Numbered from the stretch's first letter, positions 1-9,092 are shown. The stretch is 64,000 nt of DNA from Minisyncoccota bacterium (GCA_041660505.1 JBAZWG010000001.1:307979-371978); one strand, 5' to 3'. Notes: generated by a model not told the origin, from the sequence alone. Numbers and translations are program-made.

Positions 1-350
1 AATGTGCCGTCGACAATTGCGTTCAGGCTTTTATGCAACACATAATCGTATAATGTATTGACTCCTTTGTTCGCCGCTCTTTGAAAAATATGAGCGTTCG
101 TACCATTGTAGCCCGGGCAGAGCTTTCTGATCTCGTCTGCATCAATCAGGATTGGCTTTTTGATAAACTTCTCGGCTAGTCGCCGAGCAACTTCGGTTTT
201 ACCCGCGCCCGGAGATCCGGCCATAAAAATCGTTATAAGCTTTACGTCGGTCTGATATTCATCGAGACTTGCGAACCGCCTGACAAGTTCTTTTGAGTGT
301 CGCTTAATCTAGGTAAGAGCTTCCTCTGATTGTGTTTCCTCAATGTTCAT
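1..350 (-). pseudogene. Zeta-toxin/PezT-like P-loop kinase, running off the window edge, with an in-frame TAG at codon 14
   Basis: Manual translation from ATG 350: MNIEETQSEEALT*IKRHSKELVRRF...IFMAGSPGAGKTE...PILIDADEIRK...IVDGT. Walker A plus IDADE and DGT motifs are typical of the zeta-toxin family; TAG at 311-309. Confidence 0.6.
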
Positions 351-424
351 TTTGATATTGTACCTCGTATACAAAGCAAACTCAATAAGTGGCGCAATCA
401 TGATTTTTGGGCTATAGTGGAGAG

Positions 425-2209
425 ATGAATATTGAAACCAAAACCTGCCAGAATTGCAAAAAGAGCTTTAATATTGAGCCGGAAGACTTTGAGTTTTACG
501 AAAAAATAAAAGTTCCTCCGCCTACTTTCTGTCCTGACTGCCGACTGAAAAGAAGACTGATCTGGAGAAATGAACGAGCTTTATTTAAAAGAAAGTGTGA
601 CGCCACAGGAAAGGAAATATTCTCCATGTTTCATCCTGACGCCCAAGTCAGAGTCTATGATCGCGATTATTGGTGGTCAGATTCATGGGATGCCACTGAT
701 TATGGCCGAGAATATGACTTTAATAGGCCATTTTTTGAACAATTCAAAGAACTTATCCGTGACGTGCCGTGGTTTAGCCGCTCGGTGAACGATACAGTGA
801 ACAGCGATTATTGTATGAATGCAGGGTGGCTCAAGAATTGCTACCTTCTTTTTTCTGCGGCTTATAACGAGAACTGCAACTATTCAGTAGACTTGGACAA
901 TTCGAGAGAATGTGCGGATTTGTTTTTCTGCAGTTATTGCGAACTTTGTTACACCTCTTGCGGCTGTTCAAATTGCTATAAGGTGTTCTATTCTGTAGAT
1001 TGTCGAAATTGCCAGGAAACATTTTACTCGAAAAATTGCACGAATTGTTCCAATATTTTCGGCTGTGTAAATTTAAACAATAAACAATATTGTATTTTTA
1101 ATCAGCAATATTCTGCCGAAGAATACAAAAATAAGCTGCTTGAATTAAATCCGTTCTCTTATGAAAATCTTGACGACAATGCTGAGAAATTCAAAGAGTT
1201 CGCTTACCGCTTCCCCGTTAGGTCTATGCACGGCAGGCAGAATGTTAATGTATCCGGAGATCATCTAAACAATTCAAAGAACGTCTCGAATTCTTATTAC
1301 TGCGGATCACTCGAAGACTCTCGTTTTTGCCAGTTCCTATTGACACCCCCTGGTTCGAGAGACTGTTACGACTTTACTGTTTTTGGCACAAATTCAGAAT
1401 TGGTATATGAAAACTGCCAATCGGGTATCGATGTTTCAAGACTAAAATTCTGCGCGTATATGTATCCGGCATCTCATGATGCTGAATATTCAATCACGTC
1501 TCCGTCTTCAAGCTATATCTTTGGCTGTGCCGGACTTAAAAGGAAACAATATTGCATCTTAAACAAGCAGTATAGTAAAGAAGAATACGAAGCGCTCGTA
1601 CCGAAGATAATTCAGCAGATGAATAATATGCCGTACATTGACGCGCAAAAGCGTGAATACAGATATGGGGAATTCTTTCCGATGGAACTTTCTCCCTTTG
1701 CCTACAACGAGACATTAATCTATGACTTGTTTCCGCTATCGCCAAACGAAGTGACGAGTAAAGGATATATCTGGCGAGAGCAGACCAAGAAGACTTATTC
1801 TATAACCAAACTGGCAAATGACTTGCCCGACAAAATCACAGATACTGATGATAGTATTGTAAACGAGGTAATTTCTTGTTTACATCAAGGTGATTGTCCT
1901 CATAATTGCGTTTCTGCATTCCGTATAACATCACAAGAACTTGATTTATTGCGAAGATTTAATCTTCCTCTCCCGCGTCTGTGTTTCGCTTGTCGACACA
2001 GTGAAAGACTTTCATACAGAAACCCGCTCAAGCTCTGGCACCGCCAGTGTCAGTGTGGAGGTTTAACCTCCACCAATAGTGTCTACCAAAATACCGTATC
2101 TCATACTCATGGCGTGAACCAATGCCAAAACACCTTTGAAACATCGTACGCTCCCGACCAGCCGGAGATTATCTATTGTGAATCTTGTTATCAGCAGGAA
2201 GTGGCCTAG
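425..2209 (+). CDS. Cys-rich zinc-ribbon/repeat protein, paralog 1
   Basis: CxxC pairs at both ends, Cys-rich repeats, YGEFFP motif, C-terminal YCExCYQQEV; ATG 425 preceded by TATAGT; homologous to 3352 and 5161. Confidence 0.85.
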   Translation: MNIETKTCQNCKKSFNIEPEDFEFYEKIKVPPPTFCPDCRLKRRLIWRNERALFKRKCDATGKEIFSMFHPDAQVRVYDRDYWWSDSWDATDYGREYDFNRPFFEQFKELIRDVPWFSRSVNDTVNSDYCMNAGWLKNCYLLFSAAYNENCNYSVDLDNSRECADLFFCSYCELCYTSCGCSNCYKVFYSVDCRNCQETFYSKNCTNCSNIFGCVNLNNKQYCIFNQQYSAEEYKNKLLELNPFSYENLDDNAEKFKEFAYRFPVRSMHGRQNVNVSGDHLNNSKNVSNSYYCGSLEDSRFCQFLLTPPGSRDCYDFTVFGTNSELVYENCQSGIDVSRLKFCAYMYPASHDAEYSITSPSSSYIFGCAGLKRKQYCILNKQYSKEEYEALVPKIIQQMNNMPYIDAQKREYRYGEFFPMELSPFAYNETLIYDLFPLSPNEVTSKGYIWREQTKKTYSITKLANDLPDKITDTDDSIVNEVISCLHQGDCPHNCVSAFRITSQELDLLRRFNLPLPRLCFACRHSERLSYRNPLKLWHRQCQCGGLTSTNSVYQNTVSHTHGVNQCQNTFETSYAPDQPEIIYCESCYQQEVA

Positions 2210-2221
2210 TTTATAGATAAC

Positions 2222-2250
2222 TTGACTACCTAGCGCAAAGGATATACAAT
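2222..2250 (+). promoter_or_regulatory. sigma70-type promoter TTGACT-17-TACAAT with no downstream ORF
   Basis: TTGACT 2222-2227, 17-nt spacer, TACAAT 2245-2250. Confidence 0.7.
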
Positions 2251-2256
2251 ATCGCT

Positions 2257-2312
2257 ATCACTACGAAGGAGACCCTTGTGTGTATCCGTACACATCGGGG
2301 GCTTTTTCTTTT
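2257..2312 (+). ncRNA. Putative ~55-nt small RNA convergent with the NYN gene 3' end
   Basis: Follows the 2222-2250 promoter; hairpin GTGTGTA-TCCG-TACACAT inside a GACCCTT/GGGGGC stem, then a U-tract. Confidence 0.5.
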
Positions 2313-2803
2313 CAGACCCTCTTTCGTTGAAACTTATGGTATTGCTCATTCAAAAAAAGCAGGTTTATATTCTTGTTTTTGAGGAGGATAGAGCACTTGC
2401 CTTTATTGGGCGCAACAACTCCGCCGAGCGCTGATTCATTTTGTAAGAATTCCACCAGACAGCCGAAGTCGCCATCGCCGGTAACAAGCACGGCCGAATC
2501 ATACGCTTTAGTATAAAAATCAGAGACGGCCTTAAGCACCAATTCGGCATCGCAGTTCCCTTTCACTAGACCCTCAAATGTTATGGTTTGTTTGAAAATA
2601 AGAACAAAGCCACATATCTGCAAATATTCGTAAAATTTCGCTCGGTCAGGAACGAGTCCTATAAACAGATAGCAATGTGCGGGATTATACTTCTGCCGTA
2701 ACCAACCGCGAAATTTCTTATAATCGATCTCAAATCCCAGCTCTTTTGCTCCGCGATAGAGGTTATTCCCGTCAATATAAATATTTATTCTCTTCACAAC
2801 CAA
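2312..2803 (-). CDS. NYN domain (LabA/DUF88, PIN-like) putative RNase
   Basis: IYIDGNNLY, KGNCDAEL and LVTGDGDF acidic motifs. Confidence 0.9.
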   Translation of the reverse strand: MVVKRINIYIDGNNLYRGAKELGFEIDYKKFRGWLRQKYNPAHCYLFIGLVPDRAKFYEYLQICGFVLIFKQTITFEGLVKGNCDAELVLKAVSDFYTKAYDSAVLVTGDGDFGCLVEFLQNESALGGVVAPNKGKCSILLKNKNINLLFLNEQYHKFQRKRV

Positions 2804-2896
2804 ATTCTAACATATTGCGCACAAAGATGTATAAAACAAGAAAACCCGCCGGGTGGACAGATTTTCTTGTCCCCCCTTTGCGGGCTTTAAAATGCG

Positions 2897-3220
2897 CTAT
2901 TCGACACTCACCTTCTCTCCCTCGGCTGTCAGATACGTCCGGGGATAGACTACTACCACCTCCTCCCCTTCGACCGGGTGGATTGCCCAGTCGCCGAGGC
3001 GACCCTCGGACTTGGCCTCGGTATCGGCGGGGAGAATCGTCACCTCTTCGATCTCCCAGAAGAGGGCAAGCAGGCAGAACACCACGCCTGCGACCAGCAG
3101 GCCGCAGGCGCCTGCCGCGATAGCCGGGTAGGCCATCGCGAAGAGGATCGCCCCGTATCCCGCGAGACACGAGATCTCGCAGAAGAGAGCAACTCGAAAA
3201 AAAGTCTTGAAAGAAATCAC
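2897..3220 (-). CDS. Small orphan membrane protein
   Basis: GTG start with AGGAGG 8 nt upstream, two hydrophobic segments, downstream hairpin at ~2841-2888. Confidence 0.5.
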   Translation of the reverse strand: MISFKTFFRVALFCEISCLAGYGAILFAMAYPAIAAGACGLLVAGVVFCLLALFWEIEEVTILPADTEAKSEGRLGDWAIHPVEGEEVVVVYPRTYLTAEGEKVSVE

Positions 3221-3351
3221 TGGGATTCCCTCCTGTCAAAAAGCGCTTTGCGTAGTGCTGCGCCGGAGATATTAAAACATATAAAAGAGAGAAAGTCCAG
3301 AGCGAATTATTCTGATGCGTTTGTTTGGATTTTAGGATATAATTACTCAAT

Positions 3352-5106
3352 ATGAACCCGGAAACAAAGGCTTGTCAGAATTGTAAAAAGCACTTCACTA
3401 TAGATTCTAGAGACTTTGAATTTTACGAAAAAATAAGTGTTCCCCAGCCGACTTGGTGCCCTTGGTGCCGGATGATTCGGCGCATGGCCTTCTGGAATGA
3501 GCGTAGCTTCTTTAGGCGCACAGGAGACGATGGCAAACCGGTGCTATCAACTTACCCTCAAGAGTCTCTCTTCAAAATTATAGACGAGGATAAGTGGTGG
3601 TCAGACAGCTTCGATACATTAAGCTATGGCAGGGATTACGATTTTTCTCGACCGTTTTTCGACCAACTTAAAGAATTAGCCTCTACTGTGCCCTTCCCCC
3701 ACCGCGCCGGGATGGAATTGATAGATAGCGAGTATTCCAATAACTCAAACCATCTGAAGAACTGCTACATGTGCTTTAATTCCGCCAAGTGCGAAGACTC
3801 TTTATATTGCGTATTTTCTGGCGCGGTAAAAAATTGCATCGACATACTAAGCGGGTCGGACTGCGAGCTGTGCTATAACCTCGAGACCGGGAGCAGATGT
3901 CATAAAGTCTTCTTTGCCAGCAACACCGACGGCTGTATCAACTCGTGGCTCATGTACAACTGCAACAACTGCAGTGACTGCTTAGGTTGTGTTAATCTGC
4001 ATAAAGCGCAATATCACATCTTCAATAAGCCGTATTCTAAAGAAGAATACTTTAAGAAATTAGGAGGGTTAAATCTTGGCTCGCACCGAGCGCTCGAAGA
4101 ACACAAGAACGTCTGGCATGAGCTAATGCTCAAGTCTCCGAGAAAGTACTATGTCGGGATACAGAATGTGAATTCTATCGGCGATCTTGTCGCCCACTCC
4201 AAAGACGCTAAATATTGTTACGAAGCCTATGGGTTGGAAAGTGTTGCTTATTCCCAAGCACTGGCGCCTACGGTCCGCGATAGTTACGACTTCACCAACT
4301 GGGGCGTTAATGCCGAGAGAGTTTATGAGGCGGTAGATTGCGGCATACACGCATATGATATTAAATTCTCCTTCGGCTGTTCGCCGAACTGTAAAAATAT
4401 ACAATATTCGCTTGGTATTTTCTCCTCATCAGACTGCTTCGGTTGTGTCGCTACTAAAAAGGCACAGTATTGCATCTTGAATAAGCAATATAGTAAAGAA
4501 GAATACGAGGCACTCATACCGAAGATCGTCGAGCACATGAATGCGATGCCATACATTGACGCGCTTGGCCGGAAATATACATACGGCGAATTTTTCCCGC
4601 CCGATATGGCGCCATACGCGGCGAACGAGACTGCTCTGCTCGACTTTACCGATTTAGATGAAGAAAAGTCAGAGGCCTTCGGTCTAATCTGGCGCGAGAC
4701 TAAAACAGCAGAATATAAAACGACTATACAAGCGAAAGATCTGCCGGACAATATCAAAGACGCCGGTGAGAATATTACGAAAGAGATTATCGCCTGTGCC
4801 GGGTGCGAGAGAGCTTACAGAATTATTCCCACAGAGTTCACTTTTTATAAAACATACTCTATTCCTATACCCCGCAAATGCCATAATTGCAGATTTAAAG
4901 ATAGAGTAGCCTTCCGCAATCTGCCCAAGTGGTACCCCGGCAAGTGTAAGTGCGGAGGTCTCGCCTCCGCCAATGGGATGTACCAAAACACCGCAGAACA
5001 CCCACACGGCGCAGAACCCTGCCCCAACACCTTCGAGACGACGTACGCACCCGACCGTCCAGAAATTATTTACTGCGAGAAGTGTTATCAGCAGGAAGTG
5101 GTATAA
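3352..5106 (+). CDS. Cys-rich zinc-ribbon/repeat protein, paralog 2
   Basis: Same architecture as 425..2209; TATAAT 8 nt before ATG. Confidence 0.85.
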   Translation: MNPETKACQNCKKHFTIDSRDFEFYEKISVPQPTWCPWCRMIRRMAFWNERSFFRRTGDDGKPVLSTYPQESLFKIIDEDKWWSDSFDTLSYGRDYDFSRPFFDQLKELASTVPFPHRAGMELIDSEYSNNSNHLKNCYMCFNSAKCEDSLYCVFSGAVKNCIDILSGSDCELCYNLETGSRCHKVFFASNTDGCINSWLMYNCNNCSDCLGCVNLHKAQYHIFNKPYSKEEYFKKLGGLNLGSHRALEEHKNVWHELMLKSPRKYYVGIQNVNSIGDLVAHSKDAKYCYEAYGLESVAYSQALAPTVRDSYDFTNWGVNAERVYEAVDCGIHAYDIKFSFGCSPNCKNIQYSLGIFSSSDCFGCVATKKAQYCILNKQYSKEEYEALIPKIVEHMNAMPYIDALGRKYTYGEFFPPDMAPYAANETALLDFTDLDEEKSEAFGLIWRETKTAEYKTTIQAKDLPDNIKDAGENITKEIIACAGCERAYRIIPTEFTFYKTYSIPIPRKCHNCRFKDRVAFRNLPKWYPGKCKCGGLASANGMYQNTAEHPHGAEPCPNTFETTYAPDRPEIIYCEKCYQQEVV

Positions 5107-5114
5107 TGACTGGC

Positions 5115-5150
5115 AAGGTTCAACCTTGGGCATTCAAAAGGTTGAACCTT
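5115..5150. repeat. Family A REP-like dyad AAGGTTCAACCTT-N10-AAGGTTGAACCTT
   Basis: Two 13-nt palindromes in inverted orientation with a 10-nt spacer. Confidence 0.9.
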
Positions 5151-5160
5151 AAGACAGACC

Positions 5161-6900
5161 ATGAACCCAGAAACTAAAAGTTGCCAAAACTGCCAAAACC
5201 CGTTCGTCATCGAGCCGGAGGATTTCGGGTTTTACCAAAAGATAAAAGTTCCCCCGCCGACTTGGTGTCCGGAGTGTCGAAATGTACGACGAATGGCGTG
5301 GAGGGAGTATATGACCCTGTATCGCGGCGTTTGTGCGATGTGCCAGAAACAAATCGTAACCATTCATGCCCCGGGCGGGCCATTCACCATCTATTGCCGA
5401 GAATGCTTCAGATCAGACAAATGGAGCCCTCTTGACTATGGTAGAGATTACGACTTCGACTCTCCGTTTTTTACACAATATCGTCGCTTGATGGAAGCAG
5501 TCCCCCGACCGGCGTTAACCGGCTCGAATCTTGTGAACAGCGATTACACTCACGCCTGCGAGAGCATTAAAAACTGCTACTACACTTTCTTTAGTTTCCA
5601 AACCCAAGATTCGGAAAATTGCTATGCGCTATTTCTGTCTCAAAATTGCTTCGACTGCTATGTGACTGACAATTCTAACCAGGCTTATGAATCATTGCAT
5701 TCAAACAGATTGTACAGAGTGAGTTTCGGCTACTTCGCTGATGAATGCCTAGAATCGTCTTTCTTGTATGACTGTGTCGGCTGTTCAGACTGCTTCGGTT
5801 GTATAAATTTGAGGAAACAAAAATACTGCATTTTTAACGAGCAATTTTCCAAGGAAGATTACAAAGAAAGGATAAAATATTGGGATATCGGCAGTTATGC
5901 CAAACTCAAAGAAGCAAAGAAAAAATTCAGGGAACTCTATCTTTCTACGCCCCACCGTTATGCCAACATCCATCATAGCCAAGATGTTACCGGCGATATC
6001 ATTCGAGACGCTAAAAACTGCCACGCGTGTTTTTCTGCACTTGATGGTGTGGAAAATTGCAAATACCTGTATTTGGGCGGCTTAAACTTGAAAGACAGCA
6101 TGGATGTGAGCGGTGTTGGGTTGTCATCTGCGCTCCTATATGAAGTTTTTGGGATTACCGGAAATGCGTTTCGATGCTTTTTTTCTGTAGGCGGCGGTAA
6201 TTCCCAGAATACCTGGTATAGCGATTGGGCTAATAATTCATCGGACATCTTCGGCTGTATCTCTGTTAAGAATGTTAAAAATTGTATTTTAAATAAAAAG
6301 TATTCAAAAGATGAGTATGAGGCAATGATCACGAAGATCAAGAAACAAATGGACGAAGTCCCGTATGTCGACAAAAAGGGCAGAATATATAAGTTCGGCG
6401 AGTTCTTTCCGACTGAACTATCCGCTTATGCGTACAATGAATGTTTCGGGTTCCCGTTCTATCCGAAGACAAAAGAAGCGGTATTGGCCGAAAACTGGCG
6501 ATGGCAAGAATCAGCTGTCAGATCATATAATATCACCAAGGAGCCGCTAGATTTACCGGACAATATTCGAGATACTCCAGATTCTATTTGCAATGAAATT
6601 GTCGGCTGTATCGATTCCGATTGTGGCCATCAGTGCACCACAGCCTTCAGGATAAGCAAAAATGAACTCAATTTTTACAGGAGCATGAATGTCGCCTTGC
6701 CGAGGAAATGCCCGACATGCCGCACAGATGAACGCTTCGCTTGGCGGAACCGATATACTCTCTGGGAAAGACAATGTATGTGCGCGGTTGAGAGTCATGG
6801 TCATGGCAAACAATGCATAAACCGCTTCGAAACTACCTTCTCACCTGAGAAACCGGAGATTATTTACTGCGATCAATGTTATAAAGCAGAATTTATCTAA
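5161..6900 (+). CDS. Cys-rich zinc-ribbon/repeat protein, paralog 3
   Basis: Same architecture as paralogs 1 and 2. Confidence 0.85.
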   Translation: MNPETKSCQNCQNPFVIEPEDFGFYQKIKVPPPTWCPECRNVRRMAWREYMTLYRGVCAMCQKQIVTIHAPGGPFTIYCRECFRSDKWSPLDYGRDYDFDSPFFTQYRRLMEAVPRPALTGSNLVNSDYTHACESIKNCYYTFFSFQTQDSENCYALFLSQNCFDCYVTDNSNQAYESLHSNRLYRVSFGYFADECLESSFLYDCVGCSDCFGCINLRKQKYCIFNEQFSKEDYKERIKYWDIGSYAKLKEAKKKFRELYLSTPHRYANIHHSQDVTGDIIRDAKNCHACFSALDGVENCKYLYLGGLNLKDSMDVSGVGLSSALLYEVFGITGNAFRCFFSVGGGNSQNTWYSDWANNSSDIFGCISVKNVKNCILNKKYSKDEYEAMITKIKKQMDEVPYVDKKGRIYKFGEFFPTELSAYAYNECFGFPFYPKTKEAVLAENWRWQESAVRSYNITKEPLDLPDNIRDTPDSICNEIVGCIDSDCGHQCTTAFRISKNELNFYRSMNVALPRKCPTCRTDERFAWRNRYTLWERQCMCAVESHGHGKQCINRFETTFSPEKPEIIYCDQCYKAEFI

Positions 6901-7024
6901 TATGTTTTGGAAGTTGAAGAAATATCGTTACTTGTTTAACATACTATGGCAATCTATTGTATTTAAGATTAAGATATTTTGGTATAACTTGCTAAAATAA
7001 GATTAAAAGCTAATTATAAATCAT

Positions 7025-7591
7025 ATGGAGACACATCGTTCGAAGGTGCTTAAGTGGATTCTGACTATCGCCATTGTTATCGTGCTTAACCTGTTCTTCA
7101 CCTTCGCCATACGTCTCGGATATAAGGAGCCTTTGCGCGAAGCATTCTGCCCTGTCAACCAGGTCAACGAGCAGATTACTAGTAAAGACAAGTGCGTCAG
7201 TGCCGGCGGACAGTGGAACGAGTACGGTACGATGGTATCTCCGGACGGCTACAGCCAACCGGTTAAGGTGGCGCCGGCCGGGACGGTCGTGCTCACGGGC
7301 TCATGCTGGTTGGAGTACACTTGCCTTAAGAACTTCGATGCAGTGCTATCGGTTTATAACCGCAACGTGTTCGTGATACTTATAATCTTGGGAGTAATCT
7401 CGCTCGGCGTGGGCTATGCAGTCGGCGCGAGCTCGGCCGTATCACTCGGACTTTCGCTCGGCGGCATCTTGGCTCTTATCATCGCCTCGATGCGCTATTG
7501 GTCTGACATGGACGACATCGTGCGAGTCATCGTCCTCGCCATCGCTCTCGTCGCCCTCCTCTGGTTCGGGATTAAGAAATTCAAGGACTAA
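7025..7591 (+). CDS. Membrane protein with 4 TM segments and a Cys-containing extracytoplasmic loop
   Basis: Hydrophobic segments; CVSAGGQW motif. Confidence 0.75.
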   Translation: METHRSKVLKWILTIAIVIVLNLFFTFAIRLGYKEPLREAFCPVNQVNEQITSKDKCVSAGGQWNEYGTMVSPDGYSQPVKVAPAGTVVLTGSCWLEYTCLKNFDAVLSVYNRNVFVILIILGVISLGVGYAVGASSAVSLGLSLGGILALIIASMRYWSDMDDIVRVIVLAIALVALLWFGIKKFKD

Positions 7592-7600
7592 ACGAACGAA

Positions 7601-7672
7601 AAGGTTCAACCTTTTGCTTGCTTAAGGTTGAACCTTCCTGTGCTTTATTTTTTTAGAAGGTTTAACCTTCTA
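7601..7672. repeat. Family A dyad (7601-7636) plus singlet TAGAAGGTTTAACCTTCTA (7654-7672) between convergent genes
   Basis: Read directly from sequence. Confidence 0.9.
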
Positions 7673-8203
7673 TTTCTTGAACGGGACGCCGATGGCTCTT
7701 AAGAGCGCTTCGGTCTGCTTCTTGTCTTTGCTTGTAGTCGTGAAGGTGACGGCCATACCGAAGGCGTCTTTGATGTCTTCATCGGCTGACTCGGGGAAGA
7801 TGGTGTGTTCTTTAATACCCAGGGTATAGTTGCCCATCGCGTCGATACCTGTAACAGGATAGCCACGGAAGTCGCGGATACGAGGCAATGTGATGTTCAA
7901 AAGTTTATCGAGGAAGCCGTACATGCGGGCACCGCGGAGGGTCACCTTCATACCGACGATATCGCCCTGGCGAGATTTGAATGACGCGATAGCAATCTTG
8001 GCCGGGCGCGGAGACGGCTTCTGGCCGGTAATCTTAGCCAAGCGTTCCGAGACGAGCTCAAGGCGCTTCTTGTCGTGGTTCTTGCCGGTACCAACAGAGA
8101 CCACTACTTTCGTCAGTTTAGGCACAGCCATCACGTTCGTCAGCTTGAACTGCTCCTTGAGCTTGGGGGCTTCTGCTTTGTATTTTTCTTGTACGGATGC
8201 CAT
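7670..8203 (-). CDS. rplE: 50S ribosomal protein L5
   Basis: ITGQKP, KVTLRG, LPRIRDFRG, GNYTLGIKEHTIFPE. Confidence 0.97.
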   Translation of the reverse strand: MASVQEKYKAEAPKLKEQFKLTNVMAVPKLTKVVVSVGTGKNHDKKRLELVSERLAKITGQKPSPRPAKIAIASFKSRQGDIVGMKVTLRGARMYGFLDKLLNITLPRIRDFRGYPVTGIDAMGNYTLGIKEHTIFPESADEDIKDAFGMAVTFTTTSKDKKQTEALLRAIGVPFKK

Positions 8204-8219
8204 ATTTTTTGTCTATCTT

Positions 8220-8255
8220 AAGGTTCAACCTTTTGGATGCCTAAGGTTGAACCTT
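8220..8255. repeat. Family A dyad (rplX-rplE spacer)
   Basis: AAGGTTCAACCTT TTGGATGCCT AAGGTTGAACCTT. Confidence 0.9.
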
Positions 8256-8263
8256 GCTAGTCA

Positions 8264-8572
8264 TTATTCAAGTTCTGCTCCAGACTTCTTTGTTACGCGA
8301 GTCTTCTTCTCGCCAATCATCTTCACGCCCGTGCGGGTCGGCTTGTCGCTCTTCGGGTCTACGATCATCACGTTCGAGACGTGCATTGGCGCGGCTTGTT
8401 CCACAATCTGACCTTTCTGCCCTTGCTTGCGTGGCTTCTGGTGAGACTTCTTGATATTGACGCCCTCAACAAGCACCTTGTTGTCGGCAGGAAAGGCACG
8501 GAGTACTTTGGCCACTTTGCCACGATCCTTACCTTTTACCACCATTACTTTGTCGCCTTTTTTGATTTTCAT
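8264..8572 (-). CDS. rplX: 50S ribosomal protein L24
   Basis: KIKKGDKV..GKDRGK KOW motif; HVSNV. Confidence 0.97.
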   Translation of the reverse strand: MKIKKGDKVMVVKGKDRGKVAKVLRAFPADNKVLVEGVNIKKSHQKPRKQGQKGQIVEQAAPMHVSNVMIVDPKSDKPTRTGVKMIGEKKTRVTKKSGAELE

Positions 8573-8596
8573 GATTTTGTTTTTGACTTTCTCCTC

Positions 8597-8632
8597 AACA
8601 CTCGGTGTTTAGTGCTCCCAACACCGAGTGTT
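8597..8632. repeat. Family C dyad AACACTCGGTGTT-N10-AACACCGAGTGTT (rplN-rplX spacer)
   Basis: Same 13-10-13 geometry as family A but a different sequence. Confidence 0.85.
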
Positions 8633-8645
8633 TTCCCGAAAGTCT

Positions 8646-9026
8646 TTATACCACCTCTGGTGCGAGAGAAATAATCTTCTGATAACCGACCTCACCGAGC
8701 TCGCGCGGGATAGGACCGAATACGCGGCCGCCGATTGGCTCTTTCTTCTTCTTCGTATCTTTGTCGATAATAACCACCGCATTCTCGTCGAAGCGCAGGT
8801 AGGTACCGTCCTTGCGGCGGAAGGCCTTCTTCTGGCGCACCACAATAGCCTTTAAGACATCCTTCTTCTTGATCTGGCGGCGCGGTTCGGCAACCTGGAC
8901 GGACAGGATAACCATCTCGCCAATCTCGGCGTAGTGCTTCTTGGAACCGCCAAGCACCTTGAAGATGCGTCCGATACGGGCTCCGGTGTTGTCTGCGATC
9001 TTTACAATTGAGCGTGGTTGAATCAT
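8646..9026 (-). CDS. rplN: 50S ribosomal protein L14
   Basis: MIQ...ADNTGA, RFDENAVV, GRVFGPIPREL. Confidence 0.97.
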   Translation of the reverse strand: MIQPRSIVKIADNTGARIGRIFKVLGGSKKHYAEIGEMVILSVQVAEPRRQIKKKDVLKAIVVRQKKAFRRKDGTYLRFDENAVVIIDKDTKKKKEPIGGRVFGPIPRELGEVGYQKIISLAPEVV

Positions 9027-9038
9027 GGTAGTTTTTGT

Positions 9039-9089
9039 ACTTGGACGCTTGGCTTCTGGGAACAGGGCACGGAAGCCGAGCGTCCAAGT
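9039..9089. repeat. Family B hairpin ACTTGGACGCTYGGCTTC-N15-GAAGCCGAGCGTCCAAGT (rpsQ-rplN spacer)
   Basis: 18-bp inverted arms; further copies at 9646 and 10885. Confidence 0.9.
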
Positions 9090-9092
9090 TCC

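Noticed and set aside
140-170. Frameshift in the zeta-toxin-like gene at the T run
   Set aside because: On recount the frame stays open (KFIKKPILIDAD); only the codon-14 TAG interrupts it.
2264-2314. UGA recoding (genetic code 25), suggested by the open frame past the NYN TGA
   Set aside because: Long conserved genes (tuf, fusA, nusA, ribosomal proteins) translate fully under the standard code with no internal TGA.
425-6900. Diversity-generating retroelement acting on the similar C-termini of the Cys-rich paralogs
   Set aside because: No reverse transcriptase and no near-identical template/variable repeat pair differing at adenines; the similarity fits ordinary paralogy.
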